Assembly: GCA_049472335.1 (NCBI GenBank)
Contig: JBLIRO010000058.1
Location: 1-32,967 of the forward strand
Source: a bacterium
GTDB taxonomy: Bacteria; SZUA-182; DTGQ01; JAFGSM01
Length of the DNA stretch: 32,967 nucleotides
Reading direction: 5' to 3'
A program made the translations under genes and the position numbers. The notes beneath the pieces were generated by a model, which did no database searches, had not been told where the DNA came from, and worked only from the letters and a program-made list of their open reading frames with translations. Of the stretch, positions 8,000 to 17,898 are shown in pieces (the stretch's first letter is position 1; every line of letters begins with the position of its first letter).

Positions 8000-9055
8000 A
8001 TGTTGAAAAGGGGATTATCTTATATATTCATTCTTTTAATCTGTGGAATGATGGTTTTTGGTTGCAAAAGTAATGGAAAAGAAACTACTTCTATATCCCC
8101 GACCGGGGAGTCTGAGGGACCTATTACTGCCCCGCCGATATCTGACTTGAAGGAGGATTCAATGATAGCCAGCGTAAATGGAAGCGTAATAACCAAATCC
8201 GAAGTTGACACCGAAAGGGAAAAACTTGCTCGCCAATTTCAAGGCAAAGTTCCTCCTGAACAAATGGAATCGATAATGCCTAAATTGTGGCAACAGGCAT
8301 TGGAGAATCTGATAAACCTAAGACTTCTTAATCAGGAAGCGGACAGTAAGAATATCCAATTCGACAATGAGGCTGTTGACAAGCAGATTCAGCAGATCTC
8401 AAGCCGTTTTCCCAATCCTGAAAAATTCAGGGAACAACTTTCCGCGATGGGGATTTCCGAGGAAAAATTTCGCGATGAGATAGGAGCAAGCATTAGAATC
8501 GAAAAGCTCCTGGAAACCACCTCAGAAAAAAAGGAAGAAGTAAGCGAGGATGATATTAAGGAATTTTACCAGGACCACCCTGAGAATTTCCAGACGCCTG
8601 AGCGGATACAGGCCAGTCATATTCTGCTCAAAATCGATCCGGAGGATACACCCGAAGTAAAAGAGCAAAAACGCCAGAAATTAACCGAAATCCGTAAGCA
8701 AATCGAGAATGGCGCTGATTTCGCTGAACTGGCTGGTGAGTATTCCGATTGCCCGAGCAAATCCCGTGGCGGGGACCTGGGGATGTTTGAAAGGGGCAGA
8801 ATGGTTAAGCCCTTTGAAGATGCGGCCTTTCAATTACAGGTTGGCGATGTCAGTAATATTGTAGAGACACAATTCGGATTCCACCTGATAAAATTGACAG
8901 ACCGTCAGGAGGGCCAAGTCATGCCTTTAGAGAATGCCCGTGAAAAAATAGTATATTACCTAAATCGCCAAAAGCAGCAAGAAGCGGTTAGCAATTACCT
9001 GACGGAGCTGCGAAGTAAAGCAAAGATAGATTATTCCGAAGGTTTCAAGCCATAG
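8000..9055 (+). CDS. PpiC/parvulin-type peptidyl-prolyl isomerase, PrsA/SurA-like lipoprotein
   Basis: Lipobox-like VFGC after the signal peptide; IASVNGSVIT; ASHILLK; FAELAGEYSDCPSKSRGGDLG; VETQFGFHLIK; GGAGG RBS. Confidence 0.92.
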   Translation: MLKRGLSYIFILLICGMMVFGCKSNGKETTSISPTGESEGPITAPPISDLKEDSMIASVNGSVITKSEVDTEREKLARQFQGKVPPEQMESIMPKLWQQALENLINLRLLNQEADSKNIQFDNEAVDKQIQQISSRFPNPEKFREQLSAMGISEEKFRDEIGASIRIEKLLETTSEKKEEVSEDDIKEFYQDHPENFQTPERIQASHILLKIDPEDTPEVKEQKRQKLTEIRKQIENGADFAELAGEYSDCPSKSRGGDLGMFERGRMVKPFEDAAFQLQVGDVSNIVETQFGFHLIKLTDRQEGQVMPLENAREKIVYYLNRQKQQEAVSNYLTELRSKAKIDYSEGFKP

Positions 9056-9067
9056 TATTTCAATACG

Positions 9068-9122
9068 GAAGCTCTGCCAGAGAAAAACAATCTTTAACAT
9101 TGTAGGTTTGAGGCGGAGCTTC
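9068..9122. terminator. Inverted repeat between convergent genes
   Basis: GAAGCTCTGCC (9068-9078) and GGCGGAGCTTC (9112-9122), 11 bp with one G-U pair. Confidence 0.4.
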
Positions 9123-9130
9123 GCCAGATA

Positions 9131-10885
9131 TTATCTGTATGTGTCCCTGATCAGATCGTTCAGATATTCCTCGGGATTTTCAACACCATTAGGAGGAATA
9201 GAGAATTCAAACTTCCTGGTCTTCTCATTAATGAGCTTTAATCCGTGCTCATAATTCTGAAAAGATTGCTTCAAATAACTGTTTAGATCCACCCCGTCTT
9301 CCCAGACTTTCTCTACAAGGCAGTCAATAGCCTCCTCATTAAAGGATAGTTTTATATTATTCCTAAAGGTAAAGCTCTGTTCAAAATCCCTGGCTTCTTT
9401 ATATACTGTAAGCAACTCCTCAACAACGGAATCCAGGTCCAACCGTTCTTCTACTATCCGCTTTGTGATTATATTGATCCTTCGAGCTGAAAATTTGATT
9501 CCATATTGGTGTTGAAATTCCACTTCCTTTTTACGAAGGGATTTTTCCAACTCCCTTTCTTCCTCAACGATCAAATGATTGAACAGTGCTTCCTGATTGG
9601 GATCTTCGGGATTTTGTAAAAGTTTTTGCAGCTCACCTACCGGATCATCAACCATGGCCTTTGTGATTACAAGATGACGAATATTTGTCGATGGGAGGGC
9701 ATGTTCAAATTTCATCAGAACCCTTTCCAGAGCTCTATTGAGTCCCCGGGCGCCTGTCTTTTCTTTGTAAGCGTTTTCCGCAATTTGACGGAGAGCTTCA
9801 TCTTCAAACTGCAAATCAATACCATAGGCCTTGAAGTCCCGTTTTTTACCGATGATTATGGAACTTGTGGGACTTCTCAGGATATTATAAAGGTCTTCCA
9901 CCTCCAATTGATCAAAAACGGTTATTACCGGCAGCCTTCCAATGAACTCCGACTCAAATCCATATTGAATAAGATCCTCTGCCTTCACATGTCTCATATA
10001 CTGGGAGTGTTCATCCTTGCATTTGATCTCTGCTCCGAACCCTATTCCCTGTTTATTTAATCTGTTTTTAATCAACTCTTCAAGTCCGCTGAAGGACCCG
10101 CTCATAATAAAAAGGATGTTTTTGGAATTGATCTTCTTTTTGTCCCGCTTTCCTGTTTTTTGAAATTCCATAATGGCTTCCATCTGAGAAACAGGATCAT
10201 GAGGGGTCTTAAGCTCTACTTCCGTCTCCTCCATAGGCTTGAGCAATGCCCGCTGTACACCTGAGCGTGAAACATCAGGGCCGGAAGTAGTAGGTGAAGC
10301 AGCAATCTTATCAACCTCATCCAGATAAATTATTCCATATTGAGCCAATTCAATGTCTCCCTTGGTCTCATGGACCAAATCCCTTACCAGATCTTCCACA
10401 TCTCCGCCGACATAACCGGTTTCACTGAACTTGGTTGCATCTCCCTTCACAAAAGGCACACCAATCTTTTTGGCTATGAGTTTTACCAGGAATGTCTTGC
10501 CTACACCTGTAGGACCCAGCATAATGATATTATTCTTGACCTCTCCCATTCTTTCGTGACGGCGTTTTTTATGTTTCAAATCAAACATTTTGATCCGGTT
10601 AAAATGCGTGCAGATCTTAGTTGACAAAACTTCCTTGGCTTCATCCTGTTTGACGATATATTCATCCAGGTAAGATTTAAGCTCCTCAGGCTTCATGTCG
10701 AAGTTGATAGAAAGGCTTTCATCCTTCTTTTCCTGTTTTACAGCTTCTCCGTTTTTATTCCCTGCCTGTTGCTGTAAAGGGTCAAATCCAGTAAAACGAA
10801 CCCTCTTGCCATACTTTCTGGTTAAAAAATCATTTATATCCTTCTGTATTTCTTTAACATCTATGTCTCTATCCATAGCTATCAT
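9131..10885 (-). CDS. ClpX-like AAA+ ATPase lacking the N-terminal zinc-binding domain and carrying a C-terminal extension
   Basis: Walker A GPTGVGKT; DATKFSETGYVGGDVE; Walker B IIYLDEVDKI; DVSRSGVQRALLK; IGF loop (GIGFGAE); TGARGL. Confidence 0.88.
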   Translation of the reverse strand: MIAMDRDIDVKEIQKDINDFLTRKYGKRVRFTGFDPLQQQAGNKNGEAVKQEKKDESLSINFDMKPEELKSYLDEYIVKQDEAKEVLSTKICTHFNRIKMFDLKHKKRRHERMGEVKNNIIMLGPTGVGKTFLVKLIAKKIGVPFVKGDATKFSETGYVGGDVEDLVRDLVHETKGDIELAQYGIIYLDEVDKIAASPTTSGPDVSRSGVQRALLKPMEETEVELKTPHDPVSQMEAIMEFQKTGKRDKKKINSKNILFIMSGSFSGLEELIKNRLNKQGIGFGAEIKCKDEHSQYMRHVKAEDLIQYGFESEFIGRLPVITVFDQLEVEDLYNILRSPTSSIIIGKKRDFKAYGIDLQFEDEALRQIAENAYKEKTGARGLNRALERVLMKFEHALPSTNIRHLVITKAMVDDPVGELQKLLQNPEDPNQEALFNHLIVEEERELEKSLRKKEVEFQHQYGIKFSARRINIITKRIVEERLDLDSVVEELLTVYKEARDFEQSFTFRNNIKLSFNEEAIDCLVEKVWEDGVDLNSYLKQSFQNYEHGLKLINEKTRKFEFSIPPNGVENPEEYLNDLIRDTYR

Positions 10886-10950
10886 AACCCTCCAAATAGT
10901 TTTCCGGAACTACATTTATTCATTCTTCAATATTTAATATATAATACCTA

Positions 10951-10966
10951 TCCAATATTTATGCCA
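10951..10966 (-). promoter_or_regulatory. Possible sigma54 (-24/-12) promoter for the ClpX-like gene
   Basis: Minus strand TGGCAT-AAATA-TTGGA versus consensus TGGCAC-N5-TTGC; mismatch at the -12 C. Confidence 0.35.
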
Positions 10967-11290
10967 AATAATAAATCAATCTTTTTTCAAAACAAATAAT
11001 TTTTTATATTGTTGACTTATTAAAATTTTTTCCTTCTATTACACCGATATACTAAATATCTCTATAAAAATGACGAAATAAAAAATGAAAAAATTATTAA
11101 TTATCCCAAGAAACGACAGATTGATTGAACATAAAAGGTGGTATCAATAATTAACACTTTTCATTATAAGAATGTAAAAAAAATGAAAAAAAATCATTAA
11201 CACCTTGTTTTATTTAAATATTAATGACAAAAGAATGGAGTCAATAAATGCTAACAACTGTTAAGTTTTTCTAACATTATTTCAATCGCG

Positions 11291-14200
11291 TCATGATTTT
11301 ACTTTTTCTAATGCAGATTTGGCTATATGTCTAATACCCGGATTAGGATCTCCCACATAAAGTCTGAGCACCTCAGTCCCCCTTTTATGAGAGATCTGTG
11401 ACAGGGCATAAGCTGCTGCAGTGCGAACCTGGATACTTGGCTTTTTATGGAAGCTAAAGAAATGTTTTGGGGCTAAAATCTTGGCGAGAGGTTCAATGCT
11501 GGATGGATCTCCGATTTGCCCAAGGGCTCTGCAGATGGCTATGAGCCTCTCCTCTTCCTTTGTGGAATTCAAAAGGGAAAGGATTCTTTGTCCTACTGTA
11601 GGGATCTTAAACTTTCCGAGGCTTTTGATCGCTGCGGTTGCTAAGCTGGTTTCTTCATTCTCAGCAAAATCCAGGAGCACTTCAATCACATACTTTTCAT
11701 CAAGCCGCTCCGTGAGTTGGAATGCAGCTTTTCGAACCCTCGGGTTTCTATCAGTCAGGAAAAAAACAAGATCATCTCTTAAATCGGTACTAAAATTATC
11801 CAGGATTTCAAGGATACGAATGCGTTCCTCTGTATCTATCTCCTTAAGAAGTTCCTGTTTGAGCATCTTCCCCACCTCCGGACTCATCTCTTCCAGAAGC
11901 GTTGAAGCAATCTTCCTGATCCGGAAATCATCTTCCTGCTTGATTACATCAATCAACATGGGTATTGCAGCTTCTCCAAGCATTTCCAGCAATTGGATTG
12001 TATCTTTTTGTCTGGTGCTGTCAGGGGATTTCAGATCATCCATCAACAATCTATGAGTTGAGGGATCCAATTCTATATTAATCCCTTTTGATTGAATCTG
12101 AGCATGCTCATTTATTTTCTTATTATTATATTGAACCTGATTTTTTTGGAGATTAAACAATATCTTGCTTGCCAACTGATATTCGGCAAACTGGATGAAG
12201 CAATTGGTAATTTGATTTAAAAGGGATGCTATTTTGTTTGAAATATCAAGATCCTTTTCTTCTGAAAAGATATTGAGAAGATGATCGGCCATTAGTTCCG
12301 ACAGCCTGCATTTTCCGGCCAGGTTCAGGTCATCAAGTGTGCTTTGACAACAATCAATAACCTTTTTTCGACCGAAGTTGTCACGATCATGAAATCCTTT
12401 AAAAAGCTCTTTGATAGTCTTTTCTAACTTTTTCTTATTCTCCTTAGTAAAAAGATCCGACAAACGCTCCTTTATCTCTTTGAGAAAAGCATCCAAAGAA
12501 TCATCAGTGGCATCCCCGGCTTCCTCCTCTTCCGATAAATTCTCTTCAGAATTCCCATATCTCTCATCCCCTTTGATTCCTTCCAATATTTCATAAAGTT
12601 GCTTATTAAAAAGTATGCCGGAGAACTCCTTTTCTTCACTTAGATTCTCCCAGAAATTGTTATCCGATGGTTCATCAGGAAGCTGAGCAAGAGTTCCTAT
12701 GAATGTCTGCAATTCCTGAGAAGTAATGCACTGTAAAAAACTGAGACTTTTTATATTTGTTGTTTCAAGGAATTTTAAAAAATTTTTCCCCACTGTGCCA
12801 AAAACAGCAACATCAATTTTTTTGCCGTTAACCAGCAATGAACCGCTAACATGCGCCAGAGAGAGAACCGGGTATTTGGCTAAGATGCTTCGCAGGGACT
12901 GCATGAGATCTTCAATGGAATCGGATATGGCTTTGCTCTCGAGTGGGTATAGCTTTATGTTTCTGGATGTCCTGAGCAGGGCGCGGATAATTTCAAGTAC
13001 ATGGGTCAGATCTTCCTGAACCAGACCCTGTTCAAGCAAGAATAATTGAAAAGAAGGTTCTCCTGAAATCACAATGCCGTCCTGGTCAAAGGATCTTAAC
13101 TTCAGCTCATGGTCTTCAGGTTCTCCTTTCTTGGTGTAACGTATCTGCCTTAAAGTTATATTGGTTATATCAGGATGTTCATTTAAAAAGCGTTGCCAGA
13201 ACTCAGGATCGACAATATCTGCCTTAATGTTACAAAAGCCATAGAGTAAAGCCTCTAATTCATTCTCAGTCACCCCCTTATGAAAACCGATACTTTTGAG
13301 GTCAAACTGATTTAGAAAAGTGAAAAAATTATGGGCAACTGATTCAAATTCGGCTATATCTATCTCCTGCTCATTGACTAATAAAATTTGTTCTGTATGA
13401 ACAATATTGATGAAGTTTGTATTTTTTAATATCTGATCTATCCCTTCCTTCAATTGCTTAATAGAATTAATTGTTGACTGGCTTCCTTTAGGATAAAGTT
13501 TTAAAATTCTCAACGCATTAAGCAGGTAACGGATTATGCCGGGCACTTTTTCCAAAGAGGCTAAATCCAAAAGGGTCCTATCTTCACAGGATTCATCTGT
13601 CGTCTCCATCTCTTCTTTTATCTTATATTCTTCCGCCTCTTTTGCATTGAAGATTTTACTGTTCCAATCAGCTATTAGTTTTTCATATTTTTGGGTGCGG
13701 GTTTGGTCGGATGACCTTTTAAAATGGTATGCCAGGGTGGCAACTGAAGGTAAAAGATTCTTTTCATATAATGTTTCCTGGTAATTTCCGATTTTTTCAT
13801 GCATCTCCTGCTTACGTTTATCTCCTATAGAGCCATATGCAATCTGTAGGATGCTTCTGCTGAGAAAATTGATCGTCTCATCATTTAGTTTAAACTCAGA
13901 GCTGATAAGCCCTTGATTCTTTGCATTATCAATAAACTCCAGTACTTGCGTCTCTATCTTACCTGAACTTCCAGTGAGTGCGCTCAAGGGAACATTTGTT
14001 CCGAAGGCGGATATTTGCTCAAGAAATTGACGATTTTCTTCATCAAGCGCTGCTATCTTTTGACTAACAATCTCTTCCAGGGATTTTGGAAGATACCCTT
14101 CGTCACAGGGAAGAACCAGCCATTCATGGCCTACCAGAACTATTTTTTGATCCTGTACCAGCTTGCGCAGGATCTCACTAAGAAAAAGTGGATTACCCTG

Positions 14201-15562
14201 AGTAATTTGCATGAGTTCTTTTATAATGTTTTCGGATAAATGCACATTGGAAAAGATCCCTTTTATGTGGTTACTGATATCCTCGGCAGTAAGTGGTGTC
14301 AATGTAATCTTTTTTATATCCAGTTCCTTAGAATAGTTTTTATAAAATAGCTCAAGCGAGGCCATCTGATTATAATCTTGCAAATCTGAGGTTTCGGGTG
14401 AGGTGCCGCAGATGAAAAGCGGGCTCTTACACTCTAGTTTCATTTGGCGAAACAATAAAAGCGTTGCTTCATCCAGGTAATGCAAATCATCAATAAGTAT
14501 AGCAAAAGGGCGATTATTGATAATTCTAAAGAATAACCGGATCAGTGTGTTAAAAATGTCTTCGCGCTGCAATTTTTTGTTTTTCTTTGCAGATGACTCT
14601 TTCTTTCCGCTCAGTGGCGGCAAAAAATTGGATAGATAAGCAATCTCTTCTTCAGTCAGGGTCTTGAAAATTCCTGCTCCCTTATCTTCTCTCTGATTTA
14701 AAACAGACATCAGCATATCTATAATAGAATAATAGGGACGAAACATCTCATGGGGAATACCCTTTGTTTTGATAGTATATATTTTACTTTGGTCCAGGGT
14801 TCGGTGTACCACATCCAAAAACACACTCTTCCCCATCCCCGCGGCGCCCTCTATAATAAGGAATTGATTCTGTGGTTGTGCGAATTTTTTAAGGGATTCA
14901 GCCACTTGCTCGAGTTGCTTTTTCCGGCCGACTATTTTGATATCTTCCAGCTTATTTATTGCTGTTTTGGAAAATACTACCTCATTATCCAAGCTATCAG
15001 CATCTGCAAGACAATCCCGCCCTTTTTGTTTGGCATAATAAAGCGCTGTATCTGCCTTATGAATCAGCTCCTTGCTACCCTTTTTACTCATAGGGATAGA
15101 AGCGACCCCTATACTGAATGTGATGTTCAAAGAACTATCCATGCTCTTATGACGGAATGGTTCTGAGCGGACCCACTGTAAAAGCCTTTCTCCCATTCTC
15201 AGGGCAAAATCCTTTTTCTGATCCGGGAGCAGAATCATAAACTCATCACCCGCATACCGAATGGGTACACAATCTTCACCCGCTACCTTTTTAAGCACTT
15301 GCGCTACCCAGATAAGAGCTTCATCACCTATTTGGTGACCATATGTATCATTTATCTCCTTAAAATGATCCACGTCCAGCATGATTAGAGAAAGTGATTG
15401 ATCCTCCTGGGAATTTTGTGGAATCTTATATTCTAAATAATGGTGCAGATAACGCCGATTGTAAATGCCGGTAGCCTCGTCTTCAAAGATTAGCCGGGAA
15501 GGATCTTTGCCGACATACTCTAGGAAATGATTTAGTTCTTGATTTTCCATATTACTGCTCAA
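11291..15562 (-). CDS. Diguanylate cyclase (GGDEF) - AAA ATPase - HEAT-repeat multidomain protein
   Basis: DEATGIYNRR, LDVDHFKEINDTYGHQIGD, RYAGDEF, ADTALYYAKQKGRD; Walker A GAAGMGKS; Walker B ILIDDLH; TQGNPLF; C-terminal HEAT/PBS repeats. Confidence 0.9.
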   Translation of the reverse strand: MSSNMENQELNHFLEYVGKDPSRLIFEDEATGIYNRRYLHHYLEYKIPQNSQEDQSLSLIMLDVDHFKEINDTYGHQIGDEALIWVAQVLKKVAGEDCVPIRYAGDEFMILLPDQKKDFALRMGERLLQWVRSEPFRHKSMDSSLNITFSIGVASIPMSKKGSKELIHKADTALYYAKQKGRDCLADADSLDNEVVFSKTAINKLEDIKIVGRKKQLEQVAESLKKFAQPQNQFLIIEGAAGMGKSVFLDVVHRTLDQSKIYTIKTKGIPHEMFRPYYSIIDMLMSVLNQREDKGAGIFKTLTEEEIAYLSNFLPPLSGKKESSAKKNKKLQREDIFNTLIRLFFRIINNRPFAILIDDLHYLDEATLLLFRQMKLECKSPLFICGTSPETSDLQDYNQMASLELFYKNYSKELDIKKITLTPLTAEDISNHIKGIFSNVHLSENIIKELMQITQGNPLFLSEILRKLVQDQKIVLVGHEWLVLPCDEGYLPKSLEEIVSQKIAALDEENRQFLEQISAFGTNVPLSALTGSSGKIETQVLEFIDNAKNQGLISSEFKLNDETINFLSRSILQIAYGSIGDKRKQEMHEKIGNYQETLYEKNLLPSVATLAYHFKRSSDQTRTQKYEKLIADWNSKIFNAKEAEEYKIKEEMETTDESCEDRTLLDLASLEKVPGIIRYLLNALRILKLYPKGSQSTINSIKQLKEGIDQILKNTNFINIVHTEQILLVNEQEIDIAEFESVAHNFFTFLNQFDLKSIGFHKGVTENELEALLYGFCNIKADIVDPEFWQRFLNEHPDITNITLRQIRYTKKGEPEDHELKLRSFDQDGIVISGEPSFQLFLLEQGLVQEDLTHVLEIIRALLRTSRNIKLYPLESKAISDSIEDLMQSLRSILAKYPVLSLAHVSGSLLVNGKKIDVAVFGTVGKNFLKFLETTNIKSLSFLQCITSQELQTFIGTLAQLPDEPSDNNFWENLSEEKEFSGILFNKQLYEILEGIKGDERYGNSEENLSEEEEAGDATDDSLDAFLKEIKERLSDLFTKENKKKLEKTIKELFKGFHDRDNFGRKKVIDCCQSTLDDLNLAGKCRLSELMADHLLNIFSEEKDLDISNKIASLLNQITNCFIQFAEYQLASKILFNLQKNQVQYNNKKINEHAQIQSKGINIELDPSTHRLLMDDLKSPDSTRQKDTIQLLEMLGEAAIPMLIDVIKQEDDFRIRKIASTLLEEMSPEVGKMLKQELLKEIDTEERIRILEILDNFSTDLRDDLVFFLTDRNPRVRKAAFQLTERLDEKYVIEVLLDFAENEETSLATAAIKSLGKFKIPTVGQRILSLLNSTKEEERLIAICRALGQIGDPSSIEPLAKILAPKHFFSFHKKPSIQVRTAAAYALSQISHKRGTEVLRLYVGDPNPGIRHIAKSALEKVKS

Positions 15563-15646
15563 TGAATACAGATTAATTCACAGGTTAGATAACAAATATG
15601 AGCAATGACCATAAAGTATCCGGTTAATTTTCTGTTATAATGCTAT

Positions 15647-15772
15647 TGATTGTTTTGTAAAAAGTCATTTCTGTGTTCAAGATCTTTCTTAAAGGTCCTA
15701 AGCTCGGCTTTTCAAAGGGCCTTTTGCCAAAAATGACAATGCGTTCCTTAAATGGCTTTTTACGGGTTGTCA
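15647..15772. mobile_element. MITE-like short element with imperfect terminal inverted repeats
   Basis: Left TGAT..GTAAAAAGTCATTT (15657-15670); right AAATGGCTTTTTAC (15750-15763)..TCA; 13/14 reverse-complement match; non-coding interior. Confidence 0.55.
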
Positions 15773-15935
15773 TAATTATTCATCGGAAATTAAGGGGAAA
15801 ATATCCTAAAAAGGGAAAAGCTATTGGGCAGAAAAAAGGCCAATAATAATGGTTTAAAATTCATCATTTGCGGTAATGAGTTTCTTGCCGAATCAGTCCC
15901 AATAGAATTCATATAATAGAAAAGGAGGGTCATAG

Positions 15936-16685
15936 ATGAAACTTGTTGTTTTAGGTAGCGGGACATGCGTCCCTTCCCTGAAAAGACATTCTCCGGGTTA
16001 TTATCTGAATGTCTTTAACAAAGAGATACTGATCGACTGTGGAAGCGGAACACTCCTTCAACTCGAGAAGGCTGGTAAAAGCTACAAGTCGATTGATGCA
16101 ATCTTTATTACACATACGCACCCAGACCATATCTCAGATCTAGTGCCTCTAATACAAGCACTTATTGCAACACCAGGTTTTAAAAGGGAAAAAGATATAT
16201 TGATAGTCGGGCCAAATGGATTAAAAGGATTTTACGAACGTTGTATTGCTTCATTTATTAGAAGATTAAAGACATTTCAATGTAAACTTGTTGAGATCAA
16301 AGATAAATTAGACCTGGATTCTCTTTTTGTTTTTTCCATGAAAACTGTCCATTCGGAAGAAAGTGTTGCTTACAGATTTGAAGCGGAAGGGAAATCTATC
16401 ATAATAACCGGAGACTGTGACTTTGATCAATCCCTCATCAAATTTTCAAAGGATGCGGACCTGCTGGTAATAGACTGCTCTTTTCCTGACTCCTTAAAGG
16501 TGAAGGGACATCTGACTTCAAAGGGATGCGGTCTTATTGCAAATAGCGCCCGTGTAAAGATACTCCTTCTTTCCCATATATATCCTACTACATATCCGGA
16601 TAATATAAGATTGATGGAATGCAGCAGGGTCTTTCCCGGTGATGTAAGGCTGGCGGAGGATCTTATGGAGATAGACATTATATAA
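15936..16685 (+). CDS. MBL-fold metallo-hydrolase, RNase Z/BN-like
   Basis: MKLVVLGSGT, LIDCGSG, THTHPDH metal motif, TGD, GHLT, LSHIYP; GGAGG RBS. Confidence 0.88.
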   Translation: MKLVVLGSGTCVPSLKRHSPGYYLNVFNKEILIDCGSGTLLQLEKAGKSYKSIDAIFITHTHPDHISDLVPLIQALIATPGFKREKDILIVGPNGLKGFYERCIASFIRRLKTFQCKLVEIKDKLDLDSLFVFSMKTVHSEESVAYRFEAEGKSIIITGDCDFDQSLIKFSKDADLLVIDCSFPDSLKVKGHLTSKGCGLIANSARVKILLLSHIYPTTYPDNIRLMECSRVFPGDVRLAEDLMEIDII

Positions 16686-16712
16686 GTCATAAAAAAGGAG
16701 ACTCGCTGCCTA

Positions 16713-16771
16713 TTTTTTCACCCCGCCCCAGCCCTCTCTCATCTGAGAGAGGACCAGGGCGAGTGAAAAAA
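16713..16771. terminator. Long bidirectional hairpin (REP-like) between convergent genes
   Basis: TTTTTTCAC..CGCCC..CCTCTCTC-ATCT-GAGAGAGG..GGGCG.GTGAAAAAA; T-runs on both strands. Confidence 0.65.
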
Positions 16772-16799
16772 GACCGCAGTTATAAAGAACAAGCTATCT

Positions 16800-17450
16800 C
16801 TACCAGCCTAAAATGGCCGCCGGTGTCAAGAAATCAAGAATATCCGGAGGAGGAAATAGTGTAGTTAATCCGGCCAGAGGAATCCCGGCAGTAAGTGCCG
16901 CAATTACAGGTGGCGCCAAAGGAACTGTGGCTGCCGCTATTAACAGCGCGGGATCTGCAGTTGCCAATAAAGAGGGATAAACCTGCAGGAAATAACTGTT
17001 TGCAAAGAGCATGTTTTGCTGCAACCATGTGGGATCAGTAGGAGGAAGAGCGCTAAATAGATCAGGCAGAAGAATTGGAGCCGCTGCTCCTGTAGAATCG
17101 ACCAAACTGGGAGGAGGCCAGAAATTTATTCCATAAAACGGATCGAAATAGGACAGTCCAACGGGAGTATTATACAACAGCCATGGATATTCCAGATTCG
17201 GATTCCAGGTTAATCCCGGCTGTACCGGAAGAACCGTCGAGGGCTCCAAACTGGAAACTATAGGTACAGGCAGCCCAGTTGTGGCATCGACCGGGGATAA
17301 GACTGGTGACCATAATGGCCATAATGTATTATAGGGAGGAAGTGCGGTCCAATAATCCTGAGCATAAACGTTCCATGCGAACGTAAAACAAAAAAGCAAT
17401 AATATGGATAAAGTAAATAAAGATACTTTATAAAAATTCTTATGTAACAT
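16800..17450 (-). CDS. Secreted Pro/Leu-rich protein (Gln-start family)
   Basis: Signal peptide ending VYA|QDYW; the predicted mature chain contains no Lys or Arg. Confidence 0.75.
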   Translation of the reverse strand: MLHKNFYKVSLFTLSILLLFCFTFAWNVYAQDYWTALPPYNTLWPLWSPVLSPVDATTGLPVPIVSSLEPSTVLPVQPGLTWNPNLEYPWLLYNTPVGLSYFDPFYGINFWPPPSLVDSTGAAAPILLPDLFSALPPTDPTWLQQNMLFANSYFLQVYPSLLATADPALLIAAATVPLAPPVIAALTAGIPLAGLTTLFPPPDILDFLTPAAILGW

Positions 17451-17742
17451 AATACTAATCCTTTCCCTAACCTTGAAAGAAAAATCAGATATTAATCTAA
17501 TTTTAGTGATTCTTTTTTGTGTGGGTTATTTTCACCCCCTTTCTCTTTCTTTGCACATAGTTTGGCCCTCATTATCAATTATAAAAAGAGCATATATAAT
17601 ACCACTTTAAAGGAGTTGGTATTTTCTAAACATTTCAGTAAATTATGAAAATAAGAGACTATCGTCTGGTGGAATTTTTCATATCATATATGAAGAAAGT
17701 GAAAAATTTTTATGACAATTCGTTGATTTTTTTTATTTAAAT

Positions 17743-17767
17743 TTGATAGGATCGTAAAAAAGTCATT
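17743..17767. repeat. Solo copy of the dispersed repeat end
   Basis: TTGATAGGATCGTAAAAAAGTCATT matches 6787-6810 apart from one substitution and one extra A. Confidence 0.6.
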
Positions 17768-17898
17768 TTTAGCTCCTAAACTCATAGTGTGCCTGCAGCC
17801 TTGCCTTTCAATGGTAGTTTGAGTATTATCAATAGTAAATAAAAATCCGATTCACCGGACTGGGGCTCTCACTCCTTTTGGATTAAAGAAAGGACAAC

